From assembly GCA_963664825.1 (NCBI GenBank), contig OY761614.1, positions 3,232,001 to 3,296,000 on the forward strand: 64,000 nt of DNA, given 5' to 3'. Of the stretch, positions 11,481 through 21,059 are shown piece by piece. Origin of the DNA: an uncultured Holophaga sp. (GTDB taxonomy: Bacteria > Acidobacteriota > Holophagae > Holophagales > Holophagaceae). Below the pieces are notes generated by a model, which searched no databases, was not told where the DNA came from, and worked only from the letters and a program-made list of their open reading frames with translations. A program made the position numbers and the translations under genes. Within the stretch, counting starts at the first letter, position 1, and every line of letters starts with the position of its first letter.

Positions 11481-12194
11481 CTACCTTCCCTCCGGTCCGC
11501 CCATGCGGTATCCGACTCCCACGATGGTCTCGATGAGACCCGCGGAGTCTCCCAGTTTGGCGCGGACCCTGCGCACATGGGCGTCGATGGTGCGGCTCTC
11601 CCCCAGGAATTCCAGCCCCCAGACCTGATGGAGGATCTTCTCCCGGCTGTGGACGCGGCGAGGGTTCTGGACGAAGTAGGCCAGGAGTTCGAATTCTCGC
11701 CGGGTTAGATCGATGGGGTCATCCAGGAGCTTGGCCTGGTGGGTCTTGAGATCGACGGAGACGGGGCCGAAGGAAAAGCGGGCGGGCTTGGGCTCCTGCT
11801 CCAGGAAGGCCGCCCTCCGGAGAATGGCGCGGAGCCGTGCCACCAGTTCCCGGCTGGACAGGGGCTTGGAGACGTAGTCGTCGGCCCAGAGATCCTGGGC
11901 CAGGACCCGGTCGATCTCCTCGTTCTTGCCGGTGACCAGCAGGACCGGAATATTCCGCGTCCGGTGATCCTGGCGGATGGTCCGCAGGGTTTCCAGCCCG
12001 TCCATATCCGGAAGGGTCAGATCCAGCACCACTACATCCGGATGGTCCTGGGGGCTCGAGGGGGGATGGGTAATAAACTTCAAGGCCTCCTGCCCGAAGG
12101 CGAAGGAGCTGACTCGAAACCCTTCTCCCCGGAGATGCCGTTCCAGCGCAGCCCGCAGATCGGCGTCGTCTTCCAGCAGGAGGAGATGGGGCAT
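11481..12194 (-). CDS. OmpR/PhoB-family response regulator (no kinase nearby)
   Basis: LLEDD, VVLDLTLPDMDG, DDYVSKP receiver domain; LTRREFELL...RTIDAHVRRVRAKL...IETIVGVGY winged helix. Confidence 0.92.
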   Translation of the reverse strand: MPHLLLLEDDADLRAALERHLRGEGFRVSSFAFGQEALKFITHPPSSPQDHPDVVVLDLTLPDMDGLETLRTIRQDHRTRNIPVLLVTGKNEEIDRVLAQDLWADDYVSKPLSSRELVARLRAILRRAAFLEQEPKPARFSFGPVSVDLKTHQAKLLDDPIDLTRREFELLAYFVQNPRRVHSREKILHQVWGLEFLGESRTIDAHVRRVRAKLGDSAGLIETIVGVGYRMGGPEGR

Positions 12195-12283
12195 CGGTGC
12201 TCCAGAGTGACCGGCGAGGGTCCAGGTCAAAGATCCCAGAATACCGGAAATTCCCCTGGGTCCAGGCCTTGACGAGGCTGGCC

Positions 12284-12312
12284 TTGCCGTGGAGACCTTG
12301 CCCTGAGACAAT
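12284..12312 (+). promoter_or_regulatory. Putative sigma70 promoter of the rne operon
   Basis: TTGCCG-17 nt-GACAAT, about 180 nt upstream of the start codon. Confidence 0.45.
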
Positions 12313-12491
12313 ACAAGGGAAAGCCAGAACGGACCGGAAGCCCGCGTCAGACTGGTGAAGTCTCAATCCATGCTCCAGGTCTTCGTGGAAAACCCTGGTT
12401 TCCCCCCATCTCCCACCCGTACCTGTCCCATCCCATTCCGAAGGTCGCTCCACGTTGGAGCACGCGTCGCGGCCTGATTACAGGAGTTCCA

Positions 12492-14681
12492 TTGATCAAA
12501 AAAATCATGCTCATCAATGCCACGGATTCTGAAGAGATCCGTGTGGCCACCCTCGTGGACGGGGTCCTCTCGGACTACGACATCGAGTTCGTCCACAACG
12601 AGAAGATCAAGGGCAATATCTACAAGGCCAAGGTGGTCCGGGCCGACACCAGCCTCCAGGCCGCCTTCATCCACTACGGTGGCCAGAAGAATGGCTTCCT
12701 CCCCATCGGCGAACTGCCCCGGGATCTGGTGAGCGGCGATGGCCGTCGGGGCCGCATCCAGGATCTGCTCAACCGGGACCAGGAGATCATGGTCCAGGTC
12801 GTGCGCGAGGAGCTGGGCTCCAAGGGCGCCATGATGACGGCCCAAATCAGTCTGCCCGGACGCTACCTCGTGCTCACCCCCGGCAATCCCCTCAACGGGA
12901 TCAGCCGCAAGATCGAGAGCCGCGAAGAACGGGAGCACTTCAAGCGCCTCATCGACGAACTGGATATCCCCAAGAATTTCGGTGTCATCGTCCGCACGGC
13001 CTCCCTGGGGGTCACCAAGGACGATTTTCAGCGCGATCTGGAATATCTGCTCGACACCTACAAGGAGGTCCAGGCCCGCTACAAGAATCGGCACGGGGCC
13101 GGACTGGTCTGGCAGGAGGATGATGTCGTCACCCGTACCCTGCGGGATGGCTTCACGGCCGATATGGAAGAGGTCAGCATCGATGATCTCGATACCTTCC
13201 ATGCCGCCCAGAGTTTCTTCCGCCGCACCATGCCCCAGCACGAGGGGGTCCTCAAGCACTACATCGGCAAGAAACCCCTCTTCTCGAAATTCCAAACCGA
13301 CGAACAGATCGATCGCATCTATGCGCGGAAGGTGAGCCTGCCCTCGGGAGGCGCCCTGGCCCTCGATCAGACGGAAGCCCTGGTGGCCGTGGACGTGAAT
13401 TCCGGCAAGACCAGCGGGGAAGGCGTCGAGGACATGGCCTTCAAGGCCAATATGGAAGCCGCGGAGGAAGTCGCCCGCCAGCTGCGTCTGAGGGATCTGG
13501 CGGGCCTCATCGCCATCGATTTCATCGATATGAAGAAGGAGTCCCACAACAAGGCCGTCATGGAGCGGCTCGTGGACTGCCTCAAGGAGGACAAGGCTCG
13601 CATGGAGGTCGGCAAGATCAATCGCTTCGGTGTGCTCGTCATGACCCGCCAGCGCCTGCGTCCCTCCCTCCAGCACGTCACCCACGAAGCCTGCCCCACC
13701 TGCCAGGGTACCGGCCAGGTGAAGAATATCGAAGCCCTCGTCCTCAGCGTTGTGCGGCGCCTGAAGTCCATCCTCAGCAAGGATGGCATCTCCGAAGTGC
13801 GCATCAAGCTGGCTCCCGCCATCGCCATGTCGGTGCTAAACCAGAAGCGGAAGGATCTCGCCGAGCTCGAAGAGGGCCACGATTGCAGCATCCTGATCCT
13901 GGCCGACCCCGAGACCGGGTACGGAGAGATGGCCGCCGAGATCGAACGGCGCGACGAGGAGGTTCCGGAGAAGCCCCTGGCACCGCGCCCTGAGCGACAC
14001 CAGGACCGGGAGGAAGAGACCGTCGTCTTGGGAGGGGATGCCCCCATCTCCTTCGAAAAGGCGCTCGGACTCGAGCCCAAGCGCGTCGTGCCCCCTGCGG
14101 ATGCCGAGATCAAGTACGATCGCAGGGATGCCCAGCGGGCCGCCATCGATGAGCGGGAGCGCCTGCGCGCCCTCTTTGAGAGCGCCAAGCCCCTGGATTT
14201 GACCGATGACTCAGCCGATAGCCGGGTCGATGACCAGGCTGATGAGTCCAATGACGATGCACCGATGCGCGAGCCCTTGCAGGCCCCAGAGGCCTCCACA
14301 CCCGTGAAGCCCCGGGGTCGTGGTCGGGGGAAGGGCCCCAAGCCCGAGCCGAACAAGCCTGAGCCGACTGCGATCGTTGCAGAGGCTACCCCTCGGATCA
14401 CGGTGGTCTCCCTTCCCGAACCCGAGCCCGAACTCGAGCCGGAATCCGTTCAGCCCGTCTTTGATCCATCCCTGGTGGCGGACCTGACGAGGCCCACGCC
14501 TCGTCCCAGGCTCCAGGCGGCCCCCGCGCCGATCCTGGAGGCCCCCGTCGTCAAGCGAGGGAGGCCCAAGAAACAGCCCACCGAGGGGGCCAAGGCCGTC
14601 AAGCCGAAGTCCGTTGTACCCAAGGCGCCCCTGAAGGCCAAGACTCCGGCCAAGGCCGTCAAGCCGAAGTCCAAGTCCTGA
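12492..14681 (+). CDS. rne: Ribonuclease E/G family with a long disordered C-terminal tail
   Basis: GNIYKAKV S1 domain, DVNSG, RQLRLRDLAGLIAIDFIDM, CPTCQGTG Zn-link; TTG start with AGGAG RBS. Confidence 0.92.
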   Translation: MIKKIMLINATDSEEIRVATLVDGVLSDYDIEFVHNEKIKGNIYKAKVVRADTSLQAAFIHYGGQKNGFLPIGELPRDLVSGDGRRGRIQDLLNRDQEIMVQVVREELGSKGAMMTAQISLPGRYLVLTPGNPLNGISRKIESREEREHFKRLIDELDIPKNFGVIVRTASLGVTKDDFQRDLEYLLDTYKEVQARYKNRHGAGLVWQEDDVVTRTLRDGFTADMEEVSIDDLDTFHAAQSFFRRTMPQHEGVLKHYIGKKPLFSKFQTDEQIDRIYARKVSLPSGGALALDQTEALVAVDVNSGKTSGEGVEDMAFKANMEAAEEVARQLRLRDLAGLIAIDFIDMKKESHNKAVMERLVDCLKEDKARMEVGKINRFGVLVMTRQRLRPSLQHVTHEACPTCQGTGQVKNIEALVLSVVRRLKSILSKDGISEVRIKLAPAIAMSVLNQKRKDLAELEEGHDCSILILADPETGYGEMAAEIERRDEEVPEKPLAPRPERHQDREEETVVLGGDAPISFEKALGLEPKRVVPPADAEIKYDRRDAQRAAIDERERLRALFESAKPLDLTDDSADSRVDDQADESNDDAPMREPLQAPEASTPVKPRGRGRGKGPKPEPNKPEPTAIVAEATPRITVVSLPEPEPELEPESVQPVFDPSLVADLTRPTPRPRLQAAPAPILEAPVVKRGRPKKQPTEGAKAVKPKSVVPKAPLKAKTPAKAVKPKSKS

Positions 14682-14691
14682 GGGCGCCTCG

Positions 14692-15429
14692 ATGACCCCA
14701 GGTTCCCTTTACTGGCTGGCCCCCATCGCTGCCCTGGCCACCCTCTTCGGAGGGTGGCTGGTGGTGCAGTTCTTTCGTGGCAAGGCCAGCCATATGCGCC
14801 ATCTCTCCGGCATCGCCGCCGGGTATTTGGTGGCCGTGACCCTGGTGCGCATTCTTCCGGAATCCATCCACTTCGGTGGTGATGGCATGGCCTACTGGGC
14901 GCTCGGGGGCTTCATCTCGGTCCACGTGATCGAGCACGGCATCAGTCCCCATTTCCACTATGGCGAGGAGACCCATGTCCACGAGGTCCAGGGGTTGGCG
15001 GGCGTCCTAGCCCTGGTGGGGCTTTCCCTGCACAGTTTCATGGATGGCATGGCCATCACCGCCGCCCTCCGGGCCCAGAGCACCCTGGGGACCCTGGTCT
15101 TCCTGGGCATCCTGCTCCATCGGATCCCCGAGGGGGGGACCATCAGCTCCATCTTCCTGGTGCGGGGATTCGGAAAACGGGGCGCCATCCTCGCGGCGGC
15201 AACGCTGGCCCTGGCGGCCTGGCTCGGCGCCATGTCCCAGGATGTACTGAAGCTCCCCGTCGGTCCCGTACTGGGGCTGGCCGCGGGGCTGGCCCTCTAC
15301 GTCTCCAGTTCCGATCTGTTGCCCGAGGCCCAGAAGGAAAAGGGATGGAAGAGCACCCTCGGGCTGCTGGGCGGGACCCTGCTCTTCCTGCTCACCTCCG
15401 CCCTTGTGCACCATAGTCACGGTTTCTGA
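14692..15429 (+). CDS. ZIP family metal transporter
   Basis: His-rich loop HFHYGEETHVH, LHSFMDG, HRIPEG, DLLPE; multiple TM helices. Confidence 0.88.
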   Translation: MTPGSLYWLAPIAALATLFGGWLVVQFFRGKASHMRHLSGIAAGYLVAVTLVRILPESIHFGGDGMAYWALGGFISVHVIEHGISPHFHYGEETHVHEVQGLAGVLALVGLSLHSFMDGMAITAALRAQSTLGTLVFLGILLHRIPEGGTISSIFLVRGFGKRGAILAAATLALAAWLGAMSQDVLKLPVGPVLGLAAGLALYVSSSDLLPEAQKEKGWKSTLGLLGGTLLFLLTSALVHHSHGF

Positions 15430-15436
15430 GATCAGG

Positions 15437-17776
15437 GTGGGCGCTCGGCTCCCGGTCCACCGAAAGGCCGCTCCTGGAGCGGCGAGGGCCCTATTCCTCT
15501 CGGCCCTGACCAGCTTCCTCAGTGCCCAGGGCCTGCCCGGCATTCCCGGGAAACTGCCTCCCGCCCAAGCCCCCGCGGTTCCCGAGCTCCTGCCTCTGCG
15601 CCCCTTCCTGCCCGAGGCGGGGGAGGGCGAGGGTCGAGCCCTGCGCTGGCGGGGAGAACGGGTGCAGGAGAACGAAGGCCTCTGGATCATTGAGAAGGGG
15701 GCCATCCAATCCGAAGACGTGCTTCTCCTGGCCGATCGCATCACCTATGACCGCAAGACCGGGATGCTGGAGGCCTTCGGGAGGATCCGCCTGGAGGGGC
15801 CCGATCTGAGGCTTCGGTGCGAGCGCCTACGCATGGACTGGAATCGCAAGATCGGCGACGCCTGGGCCCTGGAACTGGAAGTGCCCCCCAGCTGGACGTT
15901 GCGTTCCAGCCATGTGGCCTTCACCACGCTGAAGACCTGGGATTTCGAGACGGTGGAGATCAGCCCCTGTCCCCAGGAGAGACCGGGCTGGTCCGCCCAA
16001 CTCTCCCGCATGAGGCTCGAACTCGAGGGTTTTGCCACCTTCCGCCATGCCAAGGTGATGGTAGCGGGGGTGCCCGTGCTCTACCTGCCCTGGGGGGCTT
16101 ACCCCGCCAAGGCCGAACGGAGCTCCGGACTGCTGCCCATCCAGCCGGGCTACTCGAGTCACCTCGGCGTGCGGCTCGGGCTTTCCTACTATCAGGTCCT
16201 GGGCAACACCATGGATGCCACCTTCGCGCCGGAATTCTTCAGCAAGGAAGGGGCGCTATGGGGGGGAGAATTCCGATGGAATCCTGAATTGACGCATTCC
16301 GGAAGCTTCCAGGCCCAGTACATCAAACAGCGCAGCAATGACGAGACCCGGTACCGGTACAAGTTCCAGGAACTCTGGCAGCGGGAGGACGGGTGGCAGT
16401 TTTCCGCCGATCTGAACCAGGCCTCCGATTCCCTCCTCGAATCCGACTATGGGCGCTCCGTGAGCGGGCTGGGAACCCAGTCCTTCGATAGCGCCATCTT
16501 CCTGGGGAAGAACTTCCCCTGGGCCTCGGTGAACCTCTCGGCAGCCGAACAACGGAGCTTCTTCCTGCCGGAGGACACCTCCTTCTACCGCACGGATTTC
16601 CCCACCTCCCTGCGCAGGCAGTCCCTCCCCCAGCTGCAGGCGAGGCTCTACCCAATCCCCTTCGGCGAGTTCTATCTCGATGGAGGCGCCAATCTCAGTC
16701 GCTTCGCCTACCGCCTGGATCTGGGAGAGGACAAGGCCGACACGGCCTATGCCTGGACGCGCAACGATTGGTCGGCACGCATGCATGGCCGCTTGGGCCA
16801 GTGGGGGCCCTTCCGGGCGGATCTTCAGCTGGCCGGGCGGTACACGGGCTACAGTTCCTCCCTCAGGGAATCCGTTTTCGATGCCACGGGATCCACCAAT
16901 GGCGAATTGCTGGATCCTTCCCAGAACCCCTCCTTCGACCCCTTCCGAGTGGATGATCGGGCAGTGCAGCGGCTCCTGGGGTCCAGCCGCCTGCAGTTCT
17001 CCGGACCTCAGCTGGGGCGCACCTTCGAGAAACTCGAACTCTTCGGTTACTCAGGGGATCTCAAGCATGTGCTGGAGCCCTTCGTTGCCTTCACCAAGAA
17101 CAGCCGATCTTCCGTCGCGGGAAACCTGCCGCGCTTCGATGAGGTGGATTCCAGGCCCGGGGTGGAAGGCAGTGCCGATGGCGAACAGAGCATCGAGATC
17201 GGCATGAAGCAGCATCTGTTGGGGCGGCCCGGAAAGGGCAGTGATTTCGCCGACCTCGTGAGGTGGCGCATTTCCACCCGCTACCAGTCCCAGCCCATCC
17301 TGCTTTCCGATGGCCGTTTCAAGCAGGGCTGGGCCTCCGTGGACAACGATATCGATGTGGAGCCCAATGATCGGTTCCGGATGAGTTTCCGGAGATCCTC
17401 CGAGATCGGTTCATCCGGTTCCGATAGTTCCCTTTCGGCCGAGTACACCTCTTCCCAGGGAAGCCGTTTCAATTTCGCCTTCTTCTCCACGGGGATCAAC
17501 CGGTTCCTGGTGCGCCAGCGGGGCATCCAGGTCGGGGGGATCCAGCGCTTCTTCGACGACCGGTGGCGCCTGGAATTCCAGGCCAACTACGATTACCACC
17601 GCAGGGAGTTCTCTTCCAGTCAGGTCGCGCTGGCGTACCTGACGCCCTGTGTCGCCACCCGCCTGCGTTTCAGTCATGTGGCCATCCAGGCCACCGGCGC
17701 CCTCAACAAGGAAGACCGGTTGGATCTCATCCTCACCCTTCGGGGCCTGGGAGATCTCTTCAGCCTGGGGCTATGA
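15437..17776 (+). CDS. lptD: LPS-assembly outer-membrane protein LptD (start uncertain)
   Basis: N-terminal OstA-like jellyroll, SPC...PGW, VPVLYLPW...AERSSGLL, beta-barrel C-terminus ending LTLRGLG. Confidence 0.8.
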   Translation: MGARLPVHRKAAPGAARALFLSALTSFLSAQGLPGIPGKLPPAQAPAVPELLPLRPFLPEAGEGEGRALRWRGERVQENEGLWIIEKGAIQSEDVLLLADRITYDRKTGMLEAFGRIRLEGPDLRLRCERLRMDWNRKIGDAWALELEVPPSWTLRSSHVAFTTLKTWDFETVEISPCPQERPGWSAQLSRMRLELEGFATFRHAKVMVAGVPVLYLPWGAYPAKAERSSGLLPIQPGYSSHLGVRLGLSYYQVLGNTMDATFAPEFFSKEGALWGGEFRWNPELTHSGSFQAQYIKQRSNDETRYRYKFQELWQREDGWQFSADLNQASDSLLESDYGRSVSGLGTQSFDSAIFLGKNFPWASVNLSAAEQRSFFLPEDTSFYRTDFPTSLRRQSLPQLQARLYPIPFGEFYLDGGANLSRFAYRLDLGEDKADTAYAWTRNDWSARMHGRLGQWGPFRADLQLAGRYTGYSSSLRESVFDATGSTNGELLDPSQNPSFDPFRVDDRAVQRLLGSSRLQFSGPQLGRTFEKLELFGYSGDLKHVLEPFVAFTKNSRSSVAGNLPRFDEVDSRPGVEGSADGEQSIEIGMKQHLLGRPGKGSDFADLVRWRISTRYQSQPILLSDGRFKQGWASVDNDIDVEPNDRFRMSFRRSSEIGSSGSDSSLSAEYTSSQGSRFNFAFFSTGINRFLVRQRGIQVGGIQRFFDDRWRLEFQANYDYHRREFSSSQVALAYLTPCVATRLRFSHVAIQATGALNKEDRLDLILTLRGLGDLFSLGL

Positions 17777-17799
17777 GTTCCGAGGGATCCTTGCTTCAG

Positions 17800-19152
17800 T
17801 CATTCAGCGCTGCGACTGGGAACCACTTCGATCCGATTACGGCCCTTGTGCTTGGCAGCGTAGAGGGCCTGATCCACGGCGCCGAATAGGGACTGGGCAG
17901 CATATCCCTCCGGCTCGCCCACGCCGAAGCTCATGGTGGGAAAGACGATCTGGGTCGATTCCAGCACGATGGGGTTCTCGTCGATCTTCCGCCGGAGCTT
18001 CTCGGTGACCTCCGCTCCGGCCTGGAGGGTGGTCTCCATGAGCAGGATGGCGAATTCCTCCCCCCCGATGCGGAAGGCCAGATCGGATTTTCGGAGGGTG
18101 CTCCGCATGCCCGCAGCCAGGGAACGGAGCACCTCGTCGCCCACCAGATGGCCGAAGCGATCATTGATGAGTTTGAAGTAGTCCAGATCCCCCAGCACCA
18201 GCACGAAGGTACGGCGATGGCGCTCCCACTGGTTGAACGCGTTTTCGAGATTCTGGTCGAAGGCCCGGCGATTGAGGAGCCCGGTGAGGGGATCGGTCAG
18301 CACTTCATTCCGGAGGGCCGCCGTCTCCATCTCGAGCAGGAGGCGCCGTTCCCGCAGATCGCCGATCTGGTATTGGAATTCCTGCTGGATCCGCTTGCCG
18401 TGAATCCATTCCAGGCCCCGCCGACAGGCGTGGAGCAGCCGCGGCGGTGAGAGGGGGAGGCTCAGCCAATCCATGGCGCCAGCCAGGAGCAATTTCCGCT
18501 GGAGGGCATGGCGGGAGGTCTTCCCCAGCAGGATGACGTAGGGTGAGGACTCGTGCGTCCGCATGGCCTGAAGGGCCTCCAGGGTGCGGGCCCCGGTGGA
18601 ATCCGTGCCCAAGAGCAGGAGCGGCGCCTTGACGCGGCACTGGACTTGAGAGAGTTCCTCGAGAGAGACGGAGGTCAAGGCGAAGCCGAAGTGATCCACC
18701 AGGCCCTGGATCCGCTGTGCCACTTCGGGGGCCAGCCCTGCGGCCAGGAGCGGGACCTTCGGCCCTGTGCTCCGGGTGCTATCAGCCTCCACCGCCGGGC
18801 CCAGGGTGCCCAGGAGACGTTGAATGCTATCCCCCACCAGGATATGACCGTCCACATCGGCGGCCTGAAGCCTGGAGAGTTCCTCTTCCTCGGGGGGCAG
18901 CTCGCAGATCAGGAAGATGGGCAGATTCTGGAAGAGGACTCGGGATTCCCCCCGGAGCAGGGCGCAGAACCGGAAACCATCCATGGGATCCCCGGCGGCG
19001 TCGACCAGGATGACATGGGCCTGGCTCCAGGCCTCGGAGGCCAGCGCGTCCAGATGGTCCTGAACATGCAAGACTCGGTTGCCCGCCCCCTCGAAGGCAG
19101 TCCGCAGACGCTCTACCAAATCAGCGTGCTTCGTGATGGCCAGAATATTCAT
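17800..19152 (-). CDS. PleD-like diguanylate cyclase (two receiver-like domains + GGDEF)
   Basis: DPLTGLLNRR, DLDYFKLINDRFGH, RKSD I-site, GGEEF; start trimmed to MNILAIT. Confidence 0.9.
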   Translation of the reverse strand: MNILAITKHADLVERLRTAFEGAGNRVLHVQDHLDALASEAWSQAHVILVDAAGDPMDGFRFCALLRGESRVLFQNLPIFLICELPPEEEELSRLQAADVDGHILVGDSIQRLLGTLGPAVEADSTRSTGPKVPLLAAGLAPEVAQRIQGLVDHFGFALTSVSLEELSQVQCRVKAPLLLLGTDSTGARTLEALQAMRTHESSPYVILLGKTSRHALQRKLLLAGAMDWLSLPLSPPRLLHACRRGLEWIHGKRIQQEFQYQIGDLRERRLLLEMETAALRNEVLTDPLTGLLNRRAFDQNLENAFNQWERHRRTFVLVLGDLDYFKLINDRFGHLVGDEVLRSLAAGMRSTLRKSDLAFRIGGEEFAILLMETTLQAGAEVTEKLRRKIDENPIVLESTQIVFPTMSFGVGEPEGYAAQSLFGAVDQALYAAKHKGRNRIEVVPSRSAE

Positions 19153-19291
19153 TGGGAATCGGGGATTGAAATGATCAATTAAGAGCAGGATAACCGGAAG
19201 GGCGGGCGGGAAAGCCGCGAATCGTCGCCATGAGACCACCCCCAAAAATGATCTCGTCCATTCCGGGTGGGAACGGTATTTACCACCTGGT

Positions 19292-20263
19292 CTATTCCGT
19301 CAGGCCCTGCTCCCCCAACCAGCGTTCGGCATCAACAGCGGCCATGCACCCGCTGCCCGCCGCCGTGATGGCTTGGCGGTAGACGTGGTCCTGTACATCC
19401 CCGCAGGCAAAGACTCCGGGGATATCCATCCGGCTCGAGCCCTTCTCGACCACCAGGTATCCGCCCTCATCCAGGGAAAGCTGTCCCTGGAACAGCTCCG
19501 TATTGGGTTTGTGGCCGATGGCCACGAAGAGGCCCTCCACGGGCAGTTCCGAGATCTGCCCATCCAGGGTGTCCCTGAGCCTGAGGGCGCGGATCTTCTC
19601 CACCTTGTCGCCCATGGGGGTCTCGACGGTGGTGGTGAGGATATCGTCGACCACCTTGTTCCAGCAGAAAGTCAGTTTCTCGTTTTTCGCGGCCCGCTCC
19701 TGCATGGGCTTGGAGGCCCGCAGCTTATCCCGGCGGTGGATGAGGTGGACCCTGGAGGCAAACTTCGTGAGGTAGATGGCCTCTTCCAGGGCCGTATCCC
19801 CTCCGCCCACCACTGCGATCTCCCGGCCGCGATAGAAGAATCCATCGCAGGTGGCGCAGGCCGAAACGCCGCCGCTGCGGGAGAGCCGCTCGTCCTTGCC
19901 GATGCCCATCCATTTGGCCGAGGCTCCGGTGGCGATGATCACCGCGTCGCTGGTGTATTCCCCCTGGTCGGTGGTGATGCGGAAGGGGTGCTCTTGGAGA
20001 TCCACCTTCACCACGGTCTCGCTCTTGATGACCGCGCCGAAGCGGAGCACCTGCTGGCGCATCTCGTCCATCAATTCAGGCCCCATCACGCCTGCCTTGA
20101 AGCCCGGGAAGTTCTCCACCTCGGTGGTGATGGTCAGCTGGCCGCCCGGTTGGGCGCCCTCGAAGATCACCGGGGAAAGGTTGGCGCGGGAGGTATAAAT
20201 CGCGGCCGTATAGCCCGCAGGCCCGGTTCCGATGATGACGACCTTGTGATGGGCAGGGGGCAT
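19292..20263 (-). CDS. trxB: Thioredoxin-disulfide reductase
   Basis: GTGPAGYTAAIY, CATCDG, VGGGDTA, YRQAITAAGSG. Confidence 0.96.
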   Translation of the reverse strand: MPPAHHKVVIIGTGPAGYTAAIYTSRANLSPVIFEGAQPGGQLTITTEVENFPGFKAGVMGPELMDEMRQQVLRFGAVIKSETVVKVDLQEHPFRITTDQGEYTSDAVIIATGASAKWMGIGKDERLSRSGGVSACATCDGFFYRGREIAVVGGGDTALEEAIYLTKFASRVHLIHRRDKLRASKPMQERAAKNEKLTFCWNKVVDDILTTTVETPMGDKVEKIRALRLRDTLDGQISELPVEGLFVAIGHKPNTELFQGQLSLDEGGYLVVEKGSSRMDIPGVFACGDVQDHVYRQAITAAGSGCMAAVDAERWLGEQGLTE

Positions 20264-20352
20264 GGCACAACCTCGGACGGCTCTGGGACAAGGAGTTGGG
20301 AAGCAAAGCCCCAGAGCAGGTCATTCTAGCCCTGCTCGATCGGGCCTGAGTC

Positions 20353-20868
20353 TCAGGAGAAGGTGACCCAGAGCGAAAAAGCCTCTCCACCCATGGAGGT
20401 CTCGGTGGTGTCCACCACGAAGAACACGGCATGCCCTTCGGCTTTCGGGTTGATGTAACTGGCCTCAGGGTTGCCCGTGGGAATCCTATTCTGGAGCATG
20501 CCCTGTTCCTGCTCGCCCCAGTGGTTCATGGCTCTGACCCGGAACCAGCTCTCGTGAAGCCCCTTGAGACGGACCTTGACGGTGGCCTTGGGGGGGACTT
20601 CGATCCGGTAGGCCTTCCAGCCCGGCAGATCGTCCATCGTATCCTGGACTTGCAGGGGGCCTGCCGGAAGGCCGACGGCGGGGATGCTGCCCGTCCTGGC
20701 GGATTTGCGCAGGGCCATCTGGATAGGGTCACTGCCCGGGCCTCCTGCGGGATCCGGGCTCCTGGGCGCAAGGGGACCCGGCACCTGGGGCAGGGCTTTC
20801 CCGTCCACCACCGGAGGGACCGGGGAGGCCTGCAGGACACAGAGCAGGAAGATCGGGAGCAGGTGCAT
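20353..20868 (-). CDS. Hypothetical exported protein
   Basis: GGAGG RBS, hydrophobic signal-like N-terminus, Pro-rich linker, beta-rich C-terminal domain. Confidence 0.65.
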   Translation of the reverse strand: MHLLPIFLLCVLQASPVPPVVDGKALPQVPGPLAPRSPDPAGGPGSDPIQMALRKSARTGSIPAVGLPAGPLQVQDTMDDLPGWKAYRIEVPPKATVKVRLKGLHESWFRVRAMNHWGEQEQGMLQNRIPTGNPEASYINPKAEGHAVFFVVDTTETSMGGEAFSLWVTFS

Positions 20869-20912
20869 GGTGCCTCCAGTGTGGAACCTCAATATGCGGC
20901 AAATCAGGCCGG

Positions 20913-21018
20913 GAGGGCAGGGGCGGACCTATCCAGGGGGGGCTGAGCCAAATACACTCAAAGGATGGTCCAACGAGGCTCCGCGCACGAACCCCATACT
21001 CCCTCGGCCCCCTTGCCC
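20913..21018 (-). ncRNA. Candidate structured RNA (unassigned family)
   Basis: Four manually folded helices closing 5' to 3', with G-U pairs only on the minus strand; TAGAGT -10-like box just upstream. Confidence 0.35.
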
Positions 21019-21059
21019 GGGTCCGAACTCTATACCCAGAGCTCCCTGGTCCTCGGCGC

